A DNA stretch of 64,000 nt, from the IMG/VR virus record IMGVR_UViG_3300046518_000226, positions 1 to 64,000 of that record. One strand, 5' to 3'. Position 1 is the first letter of the stretch; each line of letters begins with the position of its first letter. The notes beneath the pieces are model-generated. The model made no database searches. It worked only from the letters and a program-made list of their open reading frames with translations, and had not been told where the DNA came from. Shown one piece after another: positions 55,878 through 64,000 of this stretch. Origin of the DNA: a virus. A program made the position numbers and the translations under genes.

Positions 55878-56497
55878 CGGACTTCACCAAGCAGATTTCC
55901 GGCTACCGGTTCGCCAGAACGCACCACGGCGACACGCTCCAGACGATCGCCTTCCGCGAGCTGGGCGATGCCAACGAATGGGCGAGGCTGCTCTGGCTCA
56001 ATGACCTGGTGCCGCCGTTCATCACGGATGATGAAGCGCTGGCCGGCGATCGGGTGCTGCTGACCGGTCAGCAGATCAAGATCCCGTCAACGGTCGCCGA
56101 GTCGTCGGAGGGCGACAGCGAAGCCACCAACGTCTTGCTGACGGATTGCCAGCTGCGCAACGGCAGGCTGACCGTCGATCCTGAAACTGGCGACTTCGCG
56201 GTCGTGTCGGGACGCGAGAATCTGAAGCAGGCGATCAACCATCGGATCCGAACCGACCCGGGCGAGCTGATCTACCACCCTGAATACGGGTGCAAGATCC
56301 AGCGCCGCAAAGGCAGCAAGAACACCGCAGTCGCGGTGCTCATCGGGCGCATGGATGTCCAGGATGCCCTCGAACAGGAACCACGCCTCAGACGCATCAA
56401 CAAGATCACCACCACCGGCAGCGGCGATGTCCTCTCTGCACAAGCGGATGTCACACCGATTTCAGGCGACTCAATACAAGTCGATGCGAGCGTATAA
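55874..56497 (+). CDS. LysM-like + gp25-like baseplate wedge protein
   Basis: GDTLQTIA..LGD...W; GRENLKQAI..T.PGEL.YHPEYG. Confidence 0.85.
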   Translation: MTDFTKQISGYRFARTHHGDTLQTIAFRELGDANEWARLLWLNDLVPPFITDDEALAGDRVLLTGQQIKIPSTVAESSEGDSEATNVLLTDCQLRNGRLTVDPETGDFAVVSGRENLKQAINHRIRTDPGELIYHPEYGCKIQRRKGSKNTAVAVLIGRMDVQDALEQEPRLRRINKITTTGSGDVLSAQADVTPISGDSIQVDASV

Positions 56498-57613
56498 ATG
56501 GCTTTTCAGGTAAAGGATTTCGTCTCGATCACCGCATCCATGATCAACTGGATGAAGGCGAGCACCAAGAAGATCAGCGACTACAACATCGGGTCGGTCG
56601 TCCGCACGATGGTCGAGGCCGTCGCGTCTGAGATCGACGAGCTGTACCAGCAGTTCTTCATTGGCGTGAAGGAGGCGATCCCGGTCGCGGTCTACAACAG
56701 CTTCAGCTTCGACAAGCTGCCAGCCATCAACGCGGCCGGGTTGATCCGTGTCGAGCTGACGCCGTCCGATGACCTGAGCGTGATCCAGGCGGGAACCACC
56801 TTCGCGGCAGCCGGCCTCGCGTCCACCTACACCTCGCTGCAGGACACGACCGTTCCGGCAGGAGCCTCGTTCATCGACATCACTGTGCGCGCTGACGTGA
56901 CCGGCACGGCAGGCAACGTTGCTGCCGGGCAGAACTTCACGCTGACGCCCTCGCCGCCGGCGTTCGTCAGCGCCTCCAACCTGAACGCCTTTTCCAGCGG
57001 GCAGGACATTGAGACCGATGAGGAGCGCAAGCTGCGGTTTGCCGCCTACATCGACTCGATCAGCCGGGCCACGAACTCTGCGCTGCGCTATGGCTTGCGC
57101 ACTGCGACCCTCACCGATGCGGACGGCAACATCATCGAGCGCGTCTCGGCGGCCGTCACTATCGAGCCCTATCTCACCAACCCACTCCAGCCGATCGCGT
57201 TGGTGGAGTGCTACATCCACAACGGCATCGGCGGCACCTCGATCGCGCTGGTGGCGCGGGCTCAGCAGATCATCGAGGGCTACTATCAGGACAACGGCGT
57301 CGCCGTGCCTGGTTACAAGGCCTCTGGGATCAAGACGCCGGTCTACGCCGCCGAGGAGGTCATCCAGGCCGTCGTGGGTACGCTGATCGCCGACGATGGA
57401 TACGACCAGCCAACGCTGGCAGCCGAGGCTGAGAGGGTTGTCTTCGCCTATCTGCAAGGTCTGGATATCGGGCAACCGGCCGTAATGGCGGAGATCATCT
57501 ATCTCGTGAAGGACATCGAGGGCGTCTACGACTTCGTGCCCACGACGCCGTCCAGCAACGTCACGGTGACGGCCAAGCAGAAGCTCATGCCTGGGAGCAT
57601 TTCTATCACATGA
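56498..57613 (+). CDS. Baseplate J / gp47 family protein
   Basis: DYNIGSVVRT..GTAGNV..GQDIETDEE...RF. Confidence 0.9.
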   Translation: MAFQVKDFVSITASMINWMKASTKKISDYNIGSVVRTMVEAVASEIDELYQQFFIGVKEAIPVAVYNSFSFDKLPAINAAGLIRVELTPSDDLSVIQAGTTFAAAGLASTYTSLQDTTVPAGASFIDITVRADVTGTAGNVAAGQNFTLTPSPPAFVSASNLNAFSSGQDIETDEERKLRFAAYIDSISRATNSALRYGLRTATLTDADGNIIERVSAAVTIEPYLTNPLQPIALVECYIHNGIGGTSIALVARAQQIIEGYYQDNGVAVPGYKASGIKTPVYAAEEVIQAVVGTLIADDGYDQPTLAAEAERVVFAYLQGLDIGQPAVMAEIIYLVKDIEGVYDFVPTTPSSNVTVTAKQKLMPGSISIT

Positions 57614-58707
57614 AACTGACCCAGAAGCTTCTCGGCCTGCTGCACCGCGTCTTCGATCCTGACCCGGAGCAATTTCTTGCGCTGCGGATCCAGTACGATG
57701 GCGGCCTCACGTGGGATGTCACCGATGGCGTGCTGACGACCAAGGTTGTCGGCGGCCCCGGCTCCGATCTGACCGTCGACCTCCTGAGCCTCACCCTCAG
57801 GCAGCTGATCTCCTTCATCGCTGCCCAGCCTGGCTATTCCATCCCGGGCGCAGCAAGCGGTAATGTGCTGTCCCTGTCCGCCCGGGTGCTGATCGACTCC
57901 TCGGGCGATATCGCTCTGTCGAATGGCGATCACCTCTACGCCTACACCAGCCTGACATGGGCGTTCCTGGAGCCTGCCGCCGTCGAGCTGAAGGCCGCCA
58001 AGGCGCAGATCCCGCAGGCAATCCGGCAGATGAGCATCCTCACCGCAGAGGATGCCTGGATCGACGAGCTGGGTGAGTTCTATGGCGTCAAGCGGCAGCA
58101 GGGCGAGAACGACGCCAGCTACGGCCCGCGCATCATCGCCGAAGTAGTTCGGCCGCGGGCAAACAACGTCGCCATGGAAGCGGCGATCAGCTACTACACT
58201 GGGCAGAAGACCAAGGTCACCGACGTCGTCGAGTACGGCGATGCCGTGCCGACCTACAATTCCATTCTCCGCCACGACTCCGCCCATACCTATTCGACCG
58301 AGTATTATTTGCGCTACGGGCTGTTCGACGTGGAGTATGGCTACGATCTTCTGAGCGGCGATGACCAGCAGGAATTTGCCGATCGCGTTCGCTTGATCAT
58401 CGAGCGGCTGCGGGCTGCCGGTACCCATCTGCGCGCGCTGTCGCTGAAGGCCGGTTCAATCCGTGACACGCTCACCCCGCCAACGGACGGAGCGGTAAAC
58501 TGGATCGTCCGACCAGGCCTCATTGATCAGTTCGCGGGAGCGAGCGATGACCTAGCAGGTCGGCTGGCGCTCTCCACCTTTACCGACGCGCTCACCCAGC
58601 CGGAGGATTCAACCGTTCTGACAATCAACTTCGGCTACACCTACAACTCCCAGCGCTTCCGGAACAGCAAGATCAACTATCAGGGCGGCCTGACGGTCAA
58701 TGAGTAG
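57610..58707 (+). CDS. Baseplate wedge (gpI-like) protein
   Basis: WIDELGEFYGVKR..GENDA.Y..RI; RAAGT. Confidence 0.8.
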   Translation: MKLTQKLLGLLHRVFDPDPEQFLALRIQYDGGLTWDVTDGVLTTKVVGGPGSDLTVDLLSLTLRQLISFIAAQPGYSIPGAASGNVLSLSARVLIDSSGDIALSNGDHLYAYTSLTWAFLEPAAVELKAAKAQIPQAIRQMSILTAEDAWIDELGEFYGVKRQQGENDASYGPRIIAEVVRPRANNVAMEAAISYYTGQKTKVTDVVEYGDAVPTYNSILRHDSAHTYSTEYYLRYGLFDVEYGYDLLSGDDQQEFADRVRLIIERLRAAGTHLRALSLKAGSIRDTLTPPTDGAVNWIVRPGLIDQFAGASDDLAGRLALSTFTDALTQPEDSTVLTINFGYTYNSQRFRNSKINYQGGLTVNE

Positions 58708-58763
58708 GTCTGCCGTGCGTCGTGACACCACTATCGTGGCTACGACATACGCGCAGGCCTTTT

Positions 58764-59213
58764 ATGACCACTCTCATCGACAACTTCGAAGGCAAGCCGA
58801 CCGGCCACTTCTCGCTCGACATCTTTGTCGCGGGTGTGCTGGTCGAGCATTTTGAAGAACGCAACCTGATCGTCGACAACTCGAAGCAGATCCACGCTAA
58901 GCTGCTCGGCGGCGCATTCACCGGGCAGAACATTGCCCAGATCGGGTTCGGCACGAACGGCACGGCTCCGGCCGGCGGCAACACGGCGCTCACTGGCGCC
59001 TACACGAAAGCCGTCGACGCGACCTCCTACCCGGCGACCAACCAGGTGCAGTTCAACTTCAGCCTATCGGCATCCGAGAACAACGGGATGGCGATCATGG
59101 AATTCGGGCTCTTTACGGCAGGCGGCGCGCTCTACGCCCGCAAAGTCCGCAGTGCAGCTCTCAATAAAGATACCGACGTCTCGCTGAGCGGGTCGTGGAT
59201 CATCTCCTTCTAA
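58764..59213 (+). CDS. Tail fibre attachment-like protein
   Basis: NLIVD..IGFGT..ENNG..I.EFGLF..LYARK; late motif at 58720. Confidence 0.75.
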   Translation: MTTLIDNFEGKPTGHFSLDIFVAGVLVEHFEERNLIVDNSKQIHAKLLGGAFTGQNIAQIGFGTNGTAPAGGNTALTGAYTKAVDATSYPATNQVQFNFSLSASENNGMAIMEFGLFTAGGALYARKVRSAALNKDTDVSLSGSWIISF

Positions 59214-59222
59214 GGTAATCCC

Positions 59223-60785
59223 ATGGCAAATCAGCCGGAAGTTGTCCAGTACGATGCTGGTATTTATCAGATCGAGATCGTTGACCCCGTCGACGGTGGT
59301 GTCGGCTCGAAGACCAACGCACCACTGCTGGGGCTTGCGAACCGTACCGCCTGGCTGAAAAAGCACGTCGACGACCTCGAAAGCGGCGCGCTCGTGCCCG
59401 AAGGCTTGGCGCCGAAGAACTCCCCGCAGCTGACTGGCTCGCCGACCGCGCCTACGCAGGCTGTTGGCGACACCAGCACCAAGCTGGCGAACGATGAGTT
59501 CGTCAATCGGGCAGTGAACGGCGTCGCGACCGTGAACGTAGCAGGCGGTGTAAACGTCACGCTTACCCAGGCGCAGTACGGCTTCCCGATCATTCTTCTG
59601 ACCGGTGCCATTACAGCGAACATCGCTGTTGTGTTCCCCAGCCAAGCGGGCAAGTGGCTGGTCGTGAACGCGACCACAGGCGCTTTCACTATCACCTGCA
59701 AGACGGCAGCTGGAGGCGGCACCGTTGTTACTTCGGGTAGAAGCAGCAAAGTCTGGTGCGACGGAAGCAACATTCAGCTTCAGCAGACCGACTTCATCAG
59801 CCCTGCACTGCTCGGCACACCAACCACTCCGACCGCTGCGCCTGGCACAAACACCGAGCAGGTCGCCAGCACCGCGTTCGTTCAGGCTGGCCTGGCAGGG
59901 AAGCAGAACGGGCTCGGCTTCACCCCGGTTCAGCAGGGTACTGGCGTCGGGCAGTTGGCCAACACCGTCAAGATTGGCTGGAGTGCGGCCGGAAAGCTGA
60001 AGGCAACTGTTGATTCAAGCGACCAGGGCAATTTGGCCCTTGAGGCATCGCCAGCCTTTACTGGCACCCCGACTGCACCAACAGCTGCGCGTTTCGCCAC
60101 TGGTGGGCAGCTGGTGAACGTGGACGCGATGAAGGCTCGGGGTCACGAGTTCAGCACTTATAACGTGCTGACCAGCAGCGCCACACTTACCAGTGCGCAC
60201 GTTGGCGCCATGAACGCCATCAACAACTCGGGTGGGCAAACCTTTTACTTGCCACCGGCGAACTCGGTGTCTCAAGGCGCCTCGATCACCATCTACAACG
60301 TCTCTGGTCAAACCACGTCGTGCGCGATTTCACGCCAGGGTGCTGACACTCTGTGGGGCCTCTTTGTTGGCAACCAGACCAGCGGGCATGCCGCAATCAC
60401 TATCCGCGGCGGCGACTCCGTCACGTTCACATCCATCGGCGCCACGGTTTGGGTTGTCAGCTCCGGCCAAATGGCGAGCTTCATCGACAGCACATTCGCC
60501 TACCAGCGGTCCCTGGGCGCGAATGGATGGCAGAAGCTGCCAGGCGGCACAATTATTCAGTGGGGCGGTGGCCTTTCCGGCAACGATGGGCAGGTGTGGA
60601 TCAACTTCCCTACCGCGTTCCCGAACGCCTGCCTGGGATTCATTTGCAGTCCGCGGTGGAACAGTCCGGCTTATTCACTCACTTGCGGCGTCAACCAGCG
60701 AAGTAATTCGCAGGCTTTGGTTTACTCGAACTACAACGCAGCCCCAATTTCAATTGGTTTCGATTGGATGGCTACCGGCTACTAA
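59223..60785 (+). CDS. Tail fibre protein
   Basis: LANRTAWLK; SP.LTG.PTAPT repeats; GFTPVQQG; NGWQKLPGG.IIQWG..FP.AFPNAC. Confidence 0.92.
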   Translation: MANQPEVVQYDAGIYQIEIVDPVDGGVGSKTNAPLLGLANRTAWLKKHVDDLESGALVPEGLAPKNSPQLTGSPTAPTQAVGDTSTKLANDEFVNRAVNGVATVNVAGGVNVTLTQAQYGFPIILLTGAITANIAVVFPSQAGKWLVVNATTGAFTITCKTAAGGGTVVTSGRSSKVWCDGSNIQLQQTDFISPALLGTPTTPTAAPGTNTEQVASTAFVQAGLAGKQNGLGFTPVQQGTGVGQLANTVKIGWSAAGKLKATVDSSDQGNLALEASPAFTGTPTAPTAARFATGGQLVNVDAMKARGHEFSTYNVLTSSATLTSAHVGAMNAINNSGGQTFYLPPANSVSQGASITIYNVSGQTTSCAISRQGADTLWGLFVGNQTSGHAAITIRGGDSVTFTSIGATVWVVSSGQMASFIDSTFAYQRSLGANGWQKLPGGTIIQWGGGLSGNDGQVWINFPTAFPNACLGFICSPRWNSPAYSLTCGVNQRSNSQALVYSNYNAAPISIGFDWMATGY

Positions 60786-60797
60786 GGGGTTTAGAAA

Positions 60798-61217
60798 ATG
60801 TTCTATTCAGCTTCAACACCCGGCTTTTATAGCCGCGAGATCCATGGCGACAATATGCCAGATGACGCCGTTGAGATCACCGACGAACTCTATGCTGAGC
60901 TGTTCGAGGGCCAGTCAGCTGGCAAGCACATCGTGGCCGACAAGAAGGGACGCCCGATTTTGGTCGATCCTCCTCCACCATCAGCGGAAACCTTGGCGTT
61001 GATCGAGCGCGCCTGGCGCGATGCGGAGCTGACTGCCACGGACGGCATCGTGGCGCGCCACCGGGATGAGATCGAGGTGAAGGCCAGTACCACGCTCACG
61101 GCCAAGCAGTATGTCCAGCTGCAAGGCTACCGGCAGGCGTTGCGGAGCTGGACAGAGGCTGAGGCTTTCCCGGCGAAGGAGTCCCGCCCAGAGGCTCCCG
61201 AGTGGCTTAATACTTAA
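60798..61217 (+). CDS. Tail fibre assembly chaperone
   Basis: FYSAST.GFY..PDDAVEIT..ERAWRD..YRQALR.W. Confidence 0.9.
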   Translation: MFYSASTPGFYSREIHGDNMPDDAVEITDELYAELFEGQSAGKHIVADKKGRPILVDPPPPSAETLALIERAWRDAELTATDGIVARHRDEIEVKASTTLTAKQYVQLQGYRQALRSWTEAEAFPAKESRPEAPEWLNT

Positions 61218-61285
61218 TTAAACCGCTCGTCGTGAGCAGACAATAGTGTTGCCGCAATTTTGCAGCGACACTATTGGAATTCCTC

Positions 61286-61858
61286 ATGTCCGTAGACATC
61301 ACAGTTGACATTGTTTACTTCACCACCGGTGGCAAAATCGAGAAGCTGACTGACGGCACCGTCTCGGTTCAAACCACCTCGCCGGTCGGCCCTGGCGCCG
61401 AGTTCCTGCTTCGTCCGGATGGCCGGATCACAGTCGGCGCGAATACCCTCGCGACCCAAGCCTACGTCGACAGCAAGGTCGGCACCGGTGGCGGCACCAC
61501 TCCTACTGACCCCGGCACCCCGGCTCCGGTAGCGTGGGTTTTCCCATCTCCGCTGAACGGCTGGGGCAGCCACCCGGTGACCACCAGTGAGCCGCGCGAC
61601 CGTGTTAGCTACCGCAAGGTCGGAAACACGCTTGAGTTCAACGGCGACCTGATGAGCACTGGCGTCACCGCGCCGGGTACTCTGATGTTCACCCTGCCGT
61701 CCGGCAATCGACCAGCCACTGGCGTGAAGACGCTGCTCGTGGCCGCCAACGGTGAAGCCGGCGTGATCAAGGTCTACCCGAACGGCAACGTGATCTACGC
61801 GGCCGGCCCGGTTGGTGGCTACGTCTCGCTCAATGGCGTCTCGTTCCCGCTGGATTGA
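61286..61858 (+). CDS. Short fibre/receptor-binding-like protein
   Basis: LATQAYVD; LNGW..YRKVG..FTLPSG.RP beta-sandwich tip; late motif at 61230. Confidence 0.7.
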   Translation: MSVDITVDIVYFTTGGKIEKLTDGTVSVQTTSPVGPGAEFLLRPDGRITVGANTLATQAYVDSKVGTGGGTTPTDPGTPAPVAWVFPSPLNGWGSHPVTTSEPRDRVSYRKVGNTLEFNGDLMSTGVTAPGTLMFTLPSGNRPATGVKTLLVAANGEAGVIKVYPNGNVIYAAGPVGGYVSLNGVSFPLD

Positions 61859-61966
61859 TCCACCTCGCGCCACGGATGGCGCTCCTACCACCCGTCAGGC
61901 CCGGCATGGGCGCCATGTCGTCGTGACATCAACCTCCGCTTAGTCACTCAACAAAGCGGACGCCCC

Positions 61967-62275
61967 ATGACTTCCTTCAAACGTACCAAAGCACTCGCCG
62001 ACAAGTCGGCCTGGATGCTGATGATCCCCTCGATCATCGCCCTCTGCTTCATCGATATGTCGATGCTCAAGACGCTGCTGCAGTGGCTCGTGTTCGCGCC
62101 TGTGCTAGCCGGCGTGGCGGTGATCGTCAGCCGCATCGTGTTTCCGCAGATCCACCTGTCCACGCTGGTGGAGCAGACCGAGGAGGGCAATACCGCCGCA
62201 GGCATCCTCGCGAGCGCGCTGGTGCTGTTCGTCGCGCTGATCGTCCTCGCCCTTGTGATGTGGGCGAAAGCCTGA
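61967..62275 (+). CDS. Putative holin (3 TM)
   Basis: Three hydrophobic segments, upstream of the endolysin; late motif at 61921. Confidence 0.7.
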   Translation: MTSFKRTKALADKSAWMLMIPSIIALCFIDMSMLKTLLQWLVFAPVLAGVAVIVSRIVFPQIHLSTLVEQTEEGNTAAGILASALVLFVALIVLALVMWAKA

Positions 62276-62982
62276 TGAAGCGGCTCCTGCTCACTCTGAT
62301 GGCGCAGGTCGTGCTGTCCGCGCCGGCCGCCGCTGTCGACGCCGTTCCGGCTCGTGCGACCCAGTATCTGCCAACCCTGGTAGGCGCTCAGCGCTCGATC
62401 TGGCCGGACGCGCCGATGCCGTCGTTCCTGGCGGCGCAGGTTGAGCAGGAGTCCTGCATCTCGCTGAAGCACTCCAAGTGCTGGAACCCGACCGCGCAGC
62501 TGAAGACCTCCCGCGAGTGGGGGCGTGGCCTCGGCCAGGTCACCACCGCCTATCGTGCCGATGGATCGGTGCGGTTCGACAAACAGGAGGAGCTGCGCCA
62601 GCAGTTCGCCTCCCTGAGCGGGTGGACGACTGCCAAGTGGGCTGACCCGACCTACCAGCTCACCGCCATCGTCGAGATGGACAAGTCGATCTACCGCCGC
62701 CAGCGCGACGCCGCCACCGACCGCGACCGCCTCTCCTTCACGCTGTCCGCCTACAACGGCGGCGAAGGTGGCGTGCTCCAAGACCGGCGCCTGTGTGCCA
62801 ACACCAAGGGCTGCGACCCGTCCCGCTGGGCTGGGCACGTTGAGCGCACCAGTCTGAAAAGCAGAGTCGCCAAGAAGGGCTACGGCCAGTCCTTCTTCCA
62901 TATCAACCGGGAGTACGTCACCAACGTTCTGGATGTACGTCGGCCCAAATACGAACCTTATTTCAGGGCTGGGCCTAAATGA
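62275..62982 (+). CDS. Endolysin, lytic transglycosylase with signal peptide
   Basis: AAQVEQES, GLGQ, AYNGG; MKRLLLTL..PAAA N-terminus. Confidence 0.88.
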   Translation: MKRLLLTLMAQVVLSAPAAAVDAVPARATQYLPTLVGAQRSIWPDAPMPSFLAAQVEQESCISLKHSKCWNPTAQLKTSREWGRGLGQVTTAYRADGSVRFDKQEELRQQFASLSGWTTAKWADPTYQLTAIVEMDKSIYRRQRDAATDRDRLSFTLSAYNGGEGGVLQDRRLCANTKGCDPSRWAGHVERTSLKSRVAKKGYGQSFFHINREYVTNVLDVRRPKYEPYFRAGPK

Positions 62983-63203
62983 CTATTGAGCGCGCTGAGT
63001 TCAAAGAACTCGAAGACACCGTTCAGACGACTGATCGCAATGTCATCCGCTTGCAGGAGCAGATGTCAACCATGCAAAAGAAGATCGACGACCTTGTGTC
63101 TCGGGCTGAATTTGCACCCGTCAAACTGATTGCCTACGGGTTAGCCACAGCAGTTGGCTCATCGGTTATCATGGCAATTTTAGCCAAGGTAATCATCAAA
63201 TGA
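62979..63203 (+). CDS. Small coiled-coil + TM lysis-region protein
   Basis: C-terminal TM; ATGA overlap. Confidence 0.7.
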   Translation: MTIERAEFKELEDTVQTTDRNVIRLQEQMSTMQKKIDDLVSRAEFAPVKLIAYGLATAVGSSVIMAILAKVIIK

Positions 63204-63658
63204 ATATTCAGCTGGGTGTGCGAGACCGGGCCATTATTGGCGCGGGTCTCTACCTCGGGTTTCTATTCGTTTCAATCATCGTCCTCGGGTGGCTGATCCT
63301 GATCGGCGGAAACCCTCTCAAGGTGAACAACCTCGGTGTGGTCAGTGCAACTGGGTACCCGAACGAGAAATTCCACGTCGGTGACATCGCCGGGATCAAG
63401 AGGCAGGTTTGCTCCGAGCAAACGCTAGCGGTCGAATTCTTCCCGGGCCTGCGGGACTCCCGCGGCTTCTTGTTCCCGCTCCCGGGCGGCATGGTCGAGG
63501 TCGCCAGCGGCTGCCACGACACGGTCTACGGCTTCATCGTCCCGGATCTGCCGCCCGGTGAATACACCTACGTCAACGCCATCAAATTCCAGAACAACCT
63601 GGTGGGGCGCGACGAGGCAGCAACCTTCCCGCCCATTCGAGTCAGGATCATGCGATGA
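63200..63658 (+). CDS. Membrane-anchored hypothetical protein
   Basis: N-terminal TM, two Cys, LPPGEY. Confidence 0.7.
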   Translation: MNIQLGVRDRAIIGAGLYLGFLFVSIIVLGWLILIGGNPLKVNNLGVVSATGYPNEKFHVGDIAGIKRQVCSEQTLAVEFFPGLRDSRGFLFPLPGGMVEVASGCHDTVYGFIVPDLPPGEYTYVNAIKFQNNLVGRDEAATFPPIRVRIMR

Positions 63659-64000
63659 GCCTTGTGACCGATATCGCGCTTGGCACGGCCAAGCAGTCTC
63701 TCTTGCCGTGGTTCATCCTCGCCGGCGTGCTCGCCCTCGGCTCGGCCGGCGCAGCTGGCATGTATGGCGGCTACGAGATCGCCAATGCGCGCTATGCCAA
63801 GGAGCGTGCGGCACTCCAGGACGCTCAGCTCGAAGCGCTTAACGCGAAGAACGAAGCCCTGGCCCAGGCCAACAAGCGCGGCGACGACGTGGCGATCAAC
63901 TTCCTTGCTGCGCTGAAGGACATCAGGGTCGTCAACACCACCATCACCAACGAGGTGCGCAAGGAGACTGAGAAGCTGGTCTACACCGACTGCAAGCTCC
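63655..64000 (+). CDS. Putative i-spanin (Rz-like), truncated by the window end
   Basis: N-terminal TM, coiled coil, ..EKLVYTDC. Confidence 0.7.
   Translation, partial: MSLVTDIALGTAKQSLLPWFILAGVLALGSAGAAGMYGGYEIANARYAKERAALQDAQLEALNAKNEALAQANKRGDDVAINFLAALKDIRVVNTTITNEVRKETEKLVYTDCKL

Larger units (their letters stand above)
1..64000. mobile_element. Temperate contractile-tailed phage, probable phage-plasmid (partial)
   Basis: Terminase-portal-capsid-sheath-baseplate-lysis set plus parA/parG-like cassette; no host housekeeping genes. Confidence 0.93.

Noticed and set aside
59223-61217. Tail-fibre invertible segment or DGR
   Set aside because: No invertase, reverse transcriptase, inverted fibre copy or template repeat seen

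Overview
The window lies wholly inside a large, GC-rich temperate myophage, probably a phage-plasmid of a Pseudomonas-like host (host is an inference). No flanking host DNA and no catalytic integrase are visible. Left part (1-27 kb): a candidate origin, many small early genes, HicAB, several DNA methyltransferases (five in the window), an orphan integrase arm-binding protein, an Xis-like HTH, AraC, a Ser/Thr phosphatase and a ParA/ParG-type partition cassette. Right part (27-64 kb): terminase, SPO1/Herelleviridae-type head, contractile tail, fibre and lysis genes. Most notable: (1) five co-oriented composite DNA sites (palindromic core with variable spacer, IHF box, tandem TCGGGCGC), about 4.4 kb apart, resembling att half-sites or cos sites; (2) a probably capsid-packaged kinase + ADP-ribosyltransferase protein encoded with a Nudix hydrolase; (3) about 16 copies of a late-promoter motif TCGTGA-N3-nAnnnT, often giving leaderless mRNAs; (4) a large terminase with an extra degenerate ATPase domain; (5) two stand-alone DUF4214-like genes; (6) three structured non-coding regions; (7) a likely +1 frameshift in the tail chaperone. 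All family calls come from motif recognition by eye; no searches were run.
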